64,000 bases of DNA from NCBI GenBank assembly GCA_015680685.1, contig MNCI01003410.1, positions 284,508-348,507 on the forward strand, read 5' to 3'. The stretch comes from Gnetum montanum (lineage: Eukaryota; Plantae; Gnetophyta). The notes beneath the pieces are model-generated. The model searched no databases. It saw only the letters and a list, made by a program, of their open reading frames with translations, and had not been told where the DNA came from. Made by a program: the position numbers and the translations under genes. Shown piece by piece: positions 50,001-61,569 of this stretch; position 1 is the stretch's first letter, and each line of letters begins with the position of its first letter.

Positions 50001-53000
50001 GCAGAAAATATAAGAAAAAAGGAAGGTTCTATTCTTGCTCCTACAACAAATTTGCACAAGCGACTAATACTGATTTTGGCATTAAAAGCAACTTAACTCT
50101 CATATTCAAGTCCTCATCTATGACCATTCTCACCAATATAATCATGCCACTAACCCCCACTACGGGCATTAAATGTTGGGCCATATCATAAGCCCCACAA
50201 GTAAAGGACGTACAGTAAATAAGACCATAACAAGCACTGGCACAACTAGCAACACTGCCTTGCTCAAATTAAATCAAGATGCCTTCAATATTGTTTTTAT
50301 TTCTCCATGAAGACCTTTTGAGCATGTTTGGTTTTATACTTTCAGCCTGAAATAATTATTAATAGTTCAAAAAATATAAGGGAATATTGGCCATTTTTGC
50401 AGGTAAATAAAACTCAACGATAGGAAACTTATGTAAAGAAACCCGATGTCCTGCTCTTATACTTTCTTTTATTAGCATAATTAGCACGTAACACACAAAC
50501 TATCAATTCAGATTGCTCCAAATTTTGTTGTTGGGACAAGACTATGATGAATATTTCATAAATTTAGAGTAAATTATATTAAAAGGGAAATATCCCATGG
50601 CTCTGAGCATAATGAGCAAAATATCATAGCAAGAAACATTCAAGCACCACAAATTTTAAATTTTAAATCCACCATTTCAAAAGGAAAACAAATTATTCCT
50701 GTAATCATAAAACTTCAAGCTAAAAATCAAAGTAATAATATGACTTAAATTTAAAGATATCCCAACGAAGAATGCATCTTAAGTATTTAGACTATATTGA
50801 TTACCTCATCATTTCACTACACGAGGTAGCTTTACAATAAAAATACACATATCAGCGCAACAAATAATGGCCCCAATACAGTGGAATGGGTTTGGCACCA
50901 ATGTACGCATGAGTCAAACTTAATGTCATGGATCACCCATATTGCATCAAACTCAAGCCTTAGAAGGACATCAGAACAAACAAATGCTAAATCAAACATA
51001 TACATATAACACAAAGCATGTTTAAGGACATCAGAACAAACAAATGCTAAATCAAACATATACATATAACACAAAGCATGTTTAAGAACATCAGAACAAA
51101 CAAATGCTAAATCAAACATATACATATAACACAAAGCATGTTTAAGGACATCAGAACAAACAAATGCTAAATCAAACATATACATATAACACAAAGCAAG
51201 TTTCAAACAGCCAAAAGTCGTAATAGCATAATGCAACCATGCCCACAGTATGATTAGCTATAACTAATAATAAAACTCCTAATATGCTGTATACATAAAT
51301 GCTTGCATTAAAGGCTCTTGTAACATTTTAAAGCATTTAAATTTGAATTTATGTTTAATTAGGTTTGGAAACCTACTAATATGTCCTTAAACATGTTGGA
51401 GGCACTGAGCGTTTCAGGAACAAGCTTGGATTGGAACAGAGCACAGGCTTAAACAAACTTGAAAAGGTTAAATATTACCTGTATATATAATTTTAAGTTT
51501 AGTAAATAAATGATGAAGGTGCTTGTTTCTTAGGTGGTAAGACCTGGGTTCAAGCATGGGCACAGCCACTCGAAAATAGGTTTAGGCTATTGCTCATCTA
51601 CCAACTACAACCCCCACTTAGCAACACGAGCATTGATCCTCCAAGTGATGACCTTTCAAAGAAGTGATGCGCTGTTTTAGTTTTCTTTTTTATTAACTGA
51701 ATACAGAATATGGATGTGAACAATTGGAAAAGGGAATATCCCCAATGTCAGGGTGTGGTTTTTCATTGGGAATAAGCTCACATGGAACGCCATGTAATTT
51801 TTTCCCTTTGTTTACCAAACGGGTGATTACCCCTTTCAAGGGGGTGACATGGAATGCTCTGCAGAGAACTGGCCTTCTGCCTTTCTGGCACTAGTAGTAC
51901 CATGGAGTTGTAGACCTTGCACTTCTTTAAAAACAAAGCACAAGGAAGCTTGAAGCCTTATGTACTCAAGTTTCACATCCTTAATAAAGCCACAGCAATT
52001 TAGGTATCAGCTTATACTTTTGCCCTTACTTTCATTCACACTTATGAGACTTCATAATTAGTGCTACACACTGTCCCATAGGGGAAACATGTTTCATGTA
52101 AGTCCATGTCCAGCACTATAGCCAACAGTCCCTTCTGTAACTCAGAAGTCTATCAAACCAGCAATACACATTAATGGGTTTGGTACGTAGATCAGCGACT
52201 TAATCTTCGATGCTGATACAGTGCAGAATTACTTAGTTGTCTTCCACTTTCTCCTTGGTGTAGTTATATTTGATGTCAATGTACCTAATTTTCCCATGTT
52301 ACAAGTGGCTCTCGCCAGAGTTAATGGTTGAAACATCATCAACAAACAATGGAATAAGTGTTTCTATTAGGAAATAGATTTGTTTGAAAATCTTAAGAGT
52401 GTCCACATGATTGATTTTAATGGTTCACAACTCGTTATGTATCTACATTTCATTGACTCAGGTGTACATCGTTTGGGTTATCCATGAATCTTGACATAAC
52501 ATTTCCAGGAAATTCTAGATAAGGCCTGAGATAAAAAGATGCCTCAAGGATCCAACCATTTGCCTGAAAAATACAAGATCTAACTTTTGACAATGTTATT
52601 GCTTTCCAAACTCATAAATCATAGGTTTTAGGGTTGGATTGGCATTATGCAAATTAAATTTCTTCAACGAGTCTCCTGCATACTTGCTTTAGTGAAAGAT
52701 GCTACCTTGCTTTGCTCAACCTCAAATCTTAGAAGTATTGCAACTTCCTCATGCCTTACATATAAAACTCTGCTTCAATCTCAGTGTTATGCATTTTATG
52801 TATATAATAATGATTGGCATGACCTAATTTAGCAGGCCAGAAATCTACTTCTTTATGGTATGTTCACAATCCATGTTAAGTTCATGCTTGATGATTCCAA
52901 CAAATAGATACCATTCTTCCTTTTCAGCATGGCAAATATAATTTCTAATTGCTTCTTTGTCCTGCTAATTTCTCCGCTAACTTGAACGTTCGAACCTTCT

Positions 53001-56000
53001 ATATGTGTTGCCCAATTGATGTATATATTTCATATCAAACTAAATGAGTAGGTGACGTCTCCTATCTCCACACACTTGCCATCAGCTAAATGTTGGGTCA
53101 TATTATAAACCCTACATTAAATAAGACATACAGTAAATAGGACATAACAAACACTGGCACAACTAGCAACACTACCTCGTTCAAATTAAATAAAGATGCC
53201 TTCCCGCAAGGCATTAACAAAAAAACAATTTTAACATTTATTTGCTAGAAATAAAAGACACTCCTTTTAAACACCAGCAGGACTGGCAAGTTAACTCTAT
53301 AATCTTCCAGCATGCATTTCTTCATTTCCTTGTGATACCTAGTCAAGCAACAGCTTCAACTCCTCAGCCTTGGGTAATTTATGTTATAGAGATCGATGAG
53401 GATGATGATGATTTTTCTGACAGACTTGCAAATGGATGAAGAATCTAATGATGCCTATGATGACAAGTCCAAGATATTAATGTGCAGTCTAAATAGATAT
53501 GTGTTAAATATTCCATAAGCCACGGAAAATCCTAGGCAGTTTTTACAAAAATAAAATAAAACCCTACTTCACAGATAACTACTCTGTTCATAAGGAAATC
53601 TAGTTAGTTTTCATCGTATGATTTATTTAAGAGTATTGAAACGCTTGAGGATGTGGTGCACATGGCATAAGAAGCTATTGTACAGCTAAAGCTTCTGTAA
53701 GATAGGAGCATACCAAGCATTTATTATAAATGAATGAATTTCTGTATACAAAGAAAGATGCAACAATGGTTGGTGCTTCTAAGCTGAAGACTGATGAGCC
53801 AATTGGTTTGTAGGATAAAACTAATAACATCTAGTACTGAACCCAGAACACCACAAAATACTCCTAGGCTAGTTTTGTGTTTTAAATGTGATAATTGATA
53901 AGCAATTAGACATGATGTGCAAATATTTATTGTTCTATAAAACTGCTTCAGATAGCGACCACTGGACTGATGCACCTTCAGATTCTATTATTGGACATCT
54001 GGTAATTTAGTTTGGAACTTAAACCACATGGTGTATTGATATGTTACTTGAACATTCACATTTTGGTATGCTTATGCTCCTATGCATTTATTCTTATGTT
54101 AATATATTATTCTTCCGAAGGTATATGAATATCAACTAGCTTTTGGCAATGTTAGACTGCCAGTTGGAATTTCAAGACTCTACTAACAAAGTCATGAAGC
54201 CAACTGTGTATATCTATAATTTGAACAACCTAGATGAGAAACAGGGCAGTTCTGATCCATGCCGCATACAAAGCTCTTGCTACAGAAAAGAAGAGGTCAT
54301 ACCTCAAAACAAATAAACACCCAAATGATTTTAAATAAATCACAATGACATATTAAGTTTAAAGTTAAAATTCAAATTCGTCAACCAAAAAATTAATTTT
54401 GGACAACTTCTATCTATCTTCTTCTGCCACTTGTATGCTAAGTCACATTCCAAACAGGGCAGCTGTGATCCATGCCCCATACAAAGCTCTTGCTCCAGAA
54501 GAGAAGAGGCCACACCTCAAAACAAATAAACACCTAAATGATTTTAAATAAATCATAATGACACATTAAATTTAAAGTTAAAATTTGAAGCCATCAACCA
54601 AAAAATTGATTTTGGACAACTTCTATCTTCTTCCGCCACTTGTATGCTAACTTACAGATACAAAATTCACTAACAAATGATATAGTGCTTACGGACACAG
54701 AACATCAGAAGTTAAAACAACATAGTTAAAACCATAGAATGTGCAGTCAACCAAAATAAAAAACACTGCGGAGTAAAACAGTCAGCCTCAGAAATGATTA
54801 GGAAATTGCTGATAATGAAAGATTAATCAATATTTTTGATCAGATTGTTAGGGACCACTACAACTAATAATCGTGAGATATTTGAGGGCTGTCACATGCC
54901 TCCAGGAGGCCGTCGACATTGCAATAAGCATTCAGTGCATCACATTCAACAACAGTTTTCCAAATGAAAAACATTTTCAAACAAAAAACACAAAATACCT
55001 GTGTCTCTGCTGCATGATCTTTCCCTGCATGGAAATGAAAATAAAAATTCAAAAACCATGGAAATGAAGATAAAAATAAAGAAAGATTATTTCACCAAAA
55101 AAAAAATCAGGTTAGCATTCTCTGCAATGCTTTAAATGACACTATTTGCAATTCAATCAAAAAGAAAATCGGAAAAAGAAATTTGAGATTACCTTGCGAT
55201 TTACAAAGTAGTTTTCCACCTAAATTATTTATATCAGGTTGTTTTTGCAAGTTTTCTACCAACGTCTTTCCAGACAATCCCTTGCAACTTCTTTCCGATC
55301 CAGATGCAGATCCTTCAATGCTCTTATTAAATTGCTCCTTTGACTGTCGATGACTGGAAACAAGAAGATTTTGTAAAGTACTTGAAGTTTCTGCAGACAT
55401 TCAAATTCTAAACAATTTAGAGCCTAGCATAGGACAAAGGTTTCTTCCCTGTAATAAAAGAGAGATTTCTTAACTACCTGGACTATGTAGATTGTTCAAC
55501 GGACTTTCGGCGGGTGCACTGTATGCAGTCTGAACCAATAGAGATGAATTTGAAACATTCGCTAAAGAGCCTAGTGATGAACGTCGTAATGCAGAATTTA
55601 GAGAAGACTGCCCCTGTTGTGGTAAATTATAAGTGGAACTACCCTGAATCAAGTCAGCTGGATTGAACTGAAATGATTTATTTACTGTTAATACATCCCT
55701 GTTCTCAGGTGGACGCTTATTTTGGAAGGTATGAAATTGTAGGATGGATGATTTGTTAGCCTTGAATGGAAAATCATTAAGAGAAGGATTCTGATCATTT
55801 ATGGCTCCTCTGACACCTTGAGTAATTTTACTTATAATATTAAAAGTTCGGTTACGGAAAGGGGTCTCTTCCTCTCTTAATCTTGGGATTGTTCCCTGGT
55901 TTTTTACAACAGTGTTCTTAGCATGATCCTCTCTAAGTGATAATCCAGTTTTCAGATCTGATGTATTTCCTTTTTGAATGCAGTTAGAAGCTGATACCGC

Positions 56001-56941
56001 TTCACAAGCAAGCGTTGTTGAACATGCAAAAGTTGTTTGCTCTAATACCAACATCTCGCTGTGTCCAGTGCCAGCATATGGAGTTCCCGCTACCCCGTAC
56101 CCTTTGTAATCGCCCTTACATTTACGATGATCCTCCATTGACTTAAAAGCAGAATTATTCTTGTGATCTGCAAACTCTAGGATTTTTGCTCTTTTTGCAG
56201 CACGAGATTCTTTGTCTGCAAAGCGTGCTTGGATGTTAATAGATGACAGACATCTTTTGTGACGAGAAAGCGCATCCGGAGGCAATGGAGGTTTTCTCAC
56301 GCTTACAAGAGCAGCCGAAAATGCAGAGCAGCTATCTAAAGACACAAGAATGGATACATTTTTCTTAAAACAAAGTCCGGGAAAAACAAAAGAAAAGAAG
56401 AAAACATGAAGGAGGCTATCACATTCAGCTGCAGAAACCTATTTACTCTACCTGAATTTACTATCTGTGTTTTGCTGACTGATCCAACATTACGTGCGTG
56501 GGAAGGCTGTTCTGTTCTCTTGACGTCCACCTCCGTTATTTCTCTCCTCTCTTTAGAGTCTATGGTTTCCATATCCATACCAATTGATAACGGTTCCGAA
56601 ATTTTAATCTCGTGCTGCTTCACTTTTTCTTGGTCAGTGCCGGCTGGTATATCTTCATTCGATGGCACTACAGCACCACTCTTCTCAGATGAATCATCTT
56701 GGTGCTGCCGTTTCTGAGTCACGTACTCCTCAGGTAATGGTACACGCAGAGACTCCTTTTGTACAGCTGAGGATGAAGTAGCTACGCTCGAGGGCAAGAA
56801 ACGTTGAAACCACTGGGACTGGTGAGAAGAGCTGCCAAATTGATTCTTTGATGATGAAGGACTAGGAATTATATTCCCTGGTACTTGGCTTGAACCCACA
56901 GCACTCTGCGAGTTAGGATCACCCATTTCAAGATAAAACAT
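40220..56941 (-). CDS. PCH1: PCH1-like (PHOTOPERIODIC CONTROL OF HYPOCOTYL 1 family) protein, ~793 aa; join(56941-56452, 56335-55478, 55390-55193, 55024-54999, 41029-40220)
   Basis: All introns GT-AG, phases 1/1/1/0 consistent, 2382 nt = 794 codons with no internal stop. C-terminal LSLPWIQRWC...PSAAAMALVGIA...RPCKLQKKGSLSVWN matches the PCH1/PCHL signature as I recall it. The start could instead be ATG 56926. Confidence 0.65.
41835..42010 (+). mobile_element. Old tRNA-derived SINE (second copy at ~51510-51657)
   Basis: B-box-like GACCTGGGTTCA; body similar to the SINEs at 42986 and 43333. Confidence 0.55.
42986..43150 (-). mobile_element. tRNA-derived SINE (Au-like architecture)
   Basis: A-box-like GTGATGGTAAGG, B-box-like GGTTCTAGC, T tail; TSD GCATTATACA/GCATTATGTA; absent from duplicate copy B. 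Confidence 0.75.
43333..43512 (+). mobile_element. tRNA-derived SINE (Au-like architecture)
   Basis: GTGATGGTAAGG, GGGTTCAAGCC, T tail; 17-bp TSD AATAATGATT(T/G)GCATGA; absent from duplicate copy B. Confidence 0.8.
44508..49411 (+). mobile_element. Ty1/copia LTR retrotransposon (Ale-like), full length but inactivated
   Basis: LTRs 44508-44684 and 49211-49411; perfect TSD CTAAC; PBS TGGTATTAGAGC 44685-44696; PPT TGAGAGGGAG 49201-49210. Confidence 0.95.
44821..49203 (+). pseudogene. copia gag-pol polyprotein with stops and frameshifts
   Basis: gag LNGKNYLKWSQ; knuckle WCTFCKKPRHTRE; integrase WLHHFRLGQP...CATCELAK, IHSDIWGP; RT KPVGCKWVY, YVDDIVVTG; RNaseH RSTTGYC...WRSKKQNVVARS...ESEFRA. Confidence 0.92.
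50964..51198. repeat. 60-bp tandem repeat x4 (single unit in duplicate copy A)
   Basis: AGGACATCAGAACAAACAAATGCTAAATCAAACATATACATATAACACAAAGCATGTTTA, period 60. Confidence 0.95.
54239..54650. repeat. ~213-bp tandem duplication in intron
   Basis: ACAGGGCAG...CCACTTGTATGCTAA at 54241-54441 and 54454-54650. Confidence 0.9.
54999..55024 (-). CDS. PCH1-like 26-nt micro-exon 4 (GKDHAAETQ)
   Basis: TTTCCATGCAG acceptor, CAG|GTATTT donor; needed to convert phase 1 to phase 0. Confidence 0.6.
55193..55390 (-). CDS. PCH1-like coding exon 3
   Basis: CTGCAG acceptor (87-nt intron), donor AAG|GTAATC. Confidence 0.7.
55478..56335 (-). CDS. PCH1-like coding exon 2
   Basis: TCTTTAG acceptor, 858-nt open frame, donor CAG|GTAGTT. 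Confidence 0.8.
56452..56941 (-). CDS. PCH1-like coding exon 1
   Basis: TTTAG|ATG acceptor, open frame, donor CAG|GTAGAG. Confidence 0.7.
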
Positions 56942-58737
56942 CTAAATCAACTAAAGATTCTCTACTGAATAGGCAACCACGCCCCTGGAATTGGGTAGCA
57001 CCATTTTCCACCACTGGTAAGAAATCACCGATTCTGCACAGAGATAGAAACCATTTATACAATATACAAATTTGCTCATCCAAAAAGCACGGTGCCAAAC
57101 AACGTGATTCCTTGTTTCTTTGGTTGGCAGGTGGTGTGTAACATATGTATGGATCTCATGACGCAAACTACCACAATCCGTTAAATACCGCGAAATAAAG
57201 TAATCTAAATGGTGCGCAAAGCCTGTGTTAAATGAATCCTTTCGATTTGCAATTCGAGAATTCGATCTGCACTCAACCTAACTCCCACATAGCATCAGAA
57301 TAAACAGGGAAGAAAACAAAATTAGTGTAAAATTACAAAATCAACAACTTTTGAAACGTGTTTACCAAGTTCATTTTGGATAGCTACCGCCATGATTTTG
57401 AACTGTTTCTTGGTATTGCGAAACAACAATACGTCTGTCTGAGAGTGATTTCTAAGCACATTAAAGGCCCTCGTCATAGCGATGATTCGAAATATGAAAC
57501 TCTACCATCAAGATTGCTAAAACAGAGCAACTATCAAGCAAACTAAAGCATAAAAGCATGTCGAAGCAAAGAAATGGCCATGAAAAGTTAGTTAGGCTTC
57601 ATATATATTGACCTTTGAAATGAAACGCTCATATTGATTGTTCCCTTCATTGCGCTATCCTCTGATCTCGAACGGACCGTCGCAGCTACGAAAATTCTTC
57701 ACATAAACTCCTCATCGGATATTCCAGTCTGAGACCACAACGGCTCACGTGCGAGCATCAGCGGCACGCGGAACCAAATTTCCAGCATTTACCGAGCCGG
57801 AAAACGCGGCAGAGGAAGAGGCGGTAAAAACGCATACGACGTCTGCTTCTTATTCCATTATTGCCTCGGCAGGTAGCGAGGGTTTGAAAGGAAAATGAAA
57901 AGAAATCGAAGTGAAATAACGCATTAGCATATGACGATGATGATAAGACGGACAACGACACCACTAGAGATGAAAAAGGCACAGCACTAGAGATGAAAAA
58001 GGCAAAAAAAACACTAGCGATGACGCTTACTAATCAGCTTTTCTGCAGCCTGCAAAATTGAAAAGCTCCTGCACCAAAATACGCGAGCTTAGGGCCGTTC
58101 TTCGAAGTATGGTAACTCTGGACAAAGCCTCGTCAACGGATCAAAATTGTGATATAATAATCTGAAATTCATGAGGCCGTTGTCGTCTTCTGTGCAAATC
58201 TGATCATGCGCAGTAGCGGGCGAATAACGGGAAGGCGCGGTGGAACGCCGTGGCCACATTTTCACACAATTCAGTCATCTTCTTTTCTCCGATCCATCAA
58301 ATCCGCTTCGCATCAACGTCTCTTCTTCCACTAGTAAACCATTTGCCATTCTTATCTCATTGTAACTGACCGTTCTGCGCAGAGCACTGCAAAGCTGCAG
58401 GATGATGCTGGAGCTTGTTTTTATCTGCCATACACGATAAGATTCGCATGTGGCGAACAATTCATGCTTTGGTCGAATCGGATGTGACTGGTTTTGGTGC
58501 CATTGAGGCTACTGTGTATGATGTGAAAAATGGGAAAAAAGATTGCTACTCATTTCATCCAGGCCTAGCCCATCCAAATCCAAACAAACGAGAGAGAAAG
58601 GTTCACGAGGTGTCATAGAGTAAAGCTAAAGCGCCTCTCCTGTCTAAAATTGTTCCTCAAGCTTTTTTTAAGGAGGCTTTTATCTGTACCGTGCCGACAT
58701 TATTCAAAATAATACAGGCGGCATTTTCTGTCGCCAG

Positions 58738-58855
58738 GGAGCAGCTGAAACTATTAATCATCTTTTCATCTTTGGTTTATGGAGCAGCTGAAACTATTAA
58801 TCATCTTTTCATCTTTGATTTATGGAGCAGCTAAAACTATTAATCTTTTCATCTC
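58738..58855. repeat. 43-bp tandem repeat (~2.7 copies) upstream of the PCH1-like gene
   Basis: GGAGCAGCTGAAACTATTAATCATCTTTTCATCTTTGGTTTAT at 58738, 58781 and 58824. Confidence 0.9.
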
Positions 58856-59347
58856 TTGTCTTCTTGCTTACTATGTTTGGAAAAGTTTTCAAATCGAGGT
58901 CTAATCTTTAAGGTTTATTGGAAAGATAATTATAACTTTTTTGTCTAATTAGAAAAGATCCACAAACCCTCGGTATAAACAGTTAACACAAGCAATGTGG
59001 AGCACATTCCCTTCCTGTGTCTAGTATAAGGTCCCGTATGAAAAAATAAATGCATTTTAATCATAAAACACGACATTTGGAGTCTATATGGTCTATAGTG
59101 CTTGCCTCTTTATGTGTTTGGTATCAAATGTTATATAGAAAAAATAAACACATTTTAAAGCACAAAACATGACATTTAGAGTCTACATGGTTTGTCGTGC
59201 TTGTCTTTTAAAAGGATTTAATACATTCTAGAAAGGGGTTCCTATAGAATTGCCAAAATCCTTAAAGTTGACAATTGCTTTATTGTGACCTAGCCACTAT
59301 GTAAGGGACTTTGATTGGATGCTTGTAATAAAATTCAGGTTCATGTA

Positions 59348-61374
59348 TGATGAGTCATCGACTACATGCATCGACATACTATCATGTCACATCTATATAA
59401 ATACACGTCCCCACTGCATTATGGCATATTATGTCATTAGCGTAGCCAAGTTCTTACAATTTTCTTCCACCAAAGTTAAAATATTTTCTACATGCCAATA
59501 GGAGGACTTCAAGCAATTGTACAGATCCTTATTTGAGCATCATTGCACTTGAACACATTGATGTTATAGCAATAAAGACAAGATTCCTTGATACTCCTTG
59601 CAATACTTATAATAGATTAATGTTTATTTTATGCACTTTATTATTAATGCAATTTACATTCTTGTCATTAGTTAATGTACTTAATAATGAATACATAAGT
59701 ACAACCGCTTTGAACATACCGTTTAATGCTTGGTAATCCCAGCAATGACTATTTGGTATGTCCAGCAATAGACACTTAGTAACCCGGTAGCGCTAATATA
59801 AGTTTAGGATGTGTACAGAAAGTGGGCCTGTGATGAGTGGCGAGGTACCCCTACACTCAACCATACGAATACAAGCGTTCACGCACGATCTGGTCGAACT
59901 CCGCGGACGGGCTAGTTGTGGTATCTAGATTGTTACATGTTGATCGTAATTCGCTATCTTCCCACTTAGACTAGTATTTGCTTTGTCACGTATGGTTTAG
60001 TTCAGAGTGAGGTGTATGATGTGGACCTAAACTAGTGCTACTCCTAGAGGCAATGGAAAATAACTTTGTTTAAACTAATAAGCAATAAGAAATGAAGTCT
60101 AAGCTAATGGGACATGGGAGGAAAGAGTCTAAACTAGCCTAGGTGCAATGAGCATCCATTCCTTAATCATCTGTACACATCTTGGACCTCGTGCACAACT
60201 ACTACTGGGATTACCAAGCGCAGATCCTAGGTACGCTACTGGGTTACCAAGTAGTCACACTTAAATGCTCATGATTAAGTNCGGAAACAAACTGCAAGGG
60301 CTTCACTACAACTACTCGAAAGATACCTAAGTGTGGTGGAAGCACACTTATTTATAGGCTAAAAATAGACTTTGCGTAAACGAGGCTGCGTTGACACATG
60401 GGTGGATGCGTCGATAGGGCCACATCAACGCGGCCACGTATATGGGGCCCCGTATATGTGGCCTAGTTAACGCAGCCTCGATATCAAGGGTCCGATATCA
60501 GGGATATGATATCGGGACCTATCAGACCAGGGCTCTGATAACAGGGCTCCGATAACTGGGCCTGACAGACCATGACTCATTAGCCTAGATGCTTATGTTA
60601 GGATAGTTAGTGTAAGAATCATTAAATAATTAAGTTGCTAATTTCCCAATTAATTATCTTTACTTCAACACTTAGACAAAATAAATAAAAATATAATGTA
60701 TAAATAAATACCATATGTCTTGGCTCACACTTAACCATACAAATGAGCTTACACAAGTGAGAGATAAAAAGACAATGATCATCTTTTCCCAAGTCACTAT
60801 CTTTGTTTATAGGCACACTTAGGTGCTAAGTCCACAAAATTCGATCGAATCACTAGTGCATGCTTGTGATTTGTATGGTTGGGTAGAGGGACTACTTGCT
60901 ACTCATCATTGGTATTGTTGCTGAGGATTTAGTCTAACTAAGTGTGCTAAGTAGGAAAGATAGTGAATCTTACAAAGACGTTGTAAAGACCATTAAACAA
61001 CTAATCATTAAAGAACATAAGAAAAAGCACACTGTTTAATTTGTAATGAAAACTAATATGGCTTCTTCTCGTACGGACGAATCTCCACCACCTATTAGCA
61101 AAACCAATTAAAGATAGGAGGTTCATAAGACACAGATGCCCCAACAATTTCGTGTTGTCTACACCCATCTTGATCCTTACACTCCAGACTTTACCTTTGT
61201 CCTACATCCGGACAATCAGCTACGATGGAGGGATATGAAAGACAACATCATGCTACCTTCCAATCAATCAATTTTTACAATGTTGATGAACAATGTGTTT
61301 TAGTATGGCATCATTAGACTTAATGCAGATTATGAGGTCTAGGACCACCTTTACAGGGATTATCCCATCGTTGT
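59348..61374 (+). mobile_element. Old Athila-like element 5' end (LTR 59348-60908 interrupted, PBS 60910-60927, gag start MASSRTDESPPP)
   Basis: TGATGAG 59348, TATATAAATA ~59394, CTCATCA 60908, degenerate tRNA-Asp PBS TGGTATTGTTGCTGAGGA. Confidence 0.65.
59831..60582 (-). mobile_element. Solo LTR, Athila-like variant B
   Basis: TGATGAG...CTCATTA; aligns with the 31238 LTR; TSD GCCTG/GCCTA; single-N join at 60281. Confidence 0.8.
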
Positions 61375-61569
61375 TGATGAGTCTCGATATTGGATCCTCG
61401 ATATCAGATTTGTAATATCGGATCCTCGATATTGGATACGCAATATCGGACCCTCGATATCGGATACACGATATCGGAGATGCCAAAATGATATCAGACA
61501 TGCGATATCGGAACTTGTCTCATCACCTATAAATAAGAGACAAGGGCACTTGGTTTCACAGTTAGTTTA
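61375..61569 (+). mobile_element. 5' (U3) piece of another Athila-like LTR
   Basis: TGATGAG start, CGATATCGGA array, CTATAAATAAGAG; cut by the next LTR. Confidence 0.6.

Larger units (their letters stand above)
40970..53203. repeat. Tandem segmental duplication, ~2.9-kb unit (copy A 40970-50286 with extra sequence; copy B 50287-53203)
   Basis: 40970-43795 collinear with 50287-53088; 50171-50286 collinear with 53088-53203. Confidence 0.9.

Noticed and set aside
50832-51236. 134-aa repetitive ORF
   Set aside because: By-product of the 60-bp intronic tandem repeat.
55449-55477. 29-nt intron using the TTACAG acceptor
   Set aside because: Too short for a plant intron; the 87-nt alternative ending at 55391 keeps the frame.
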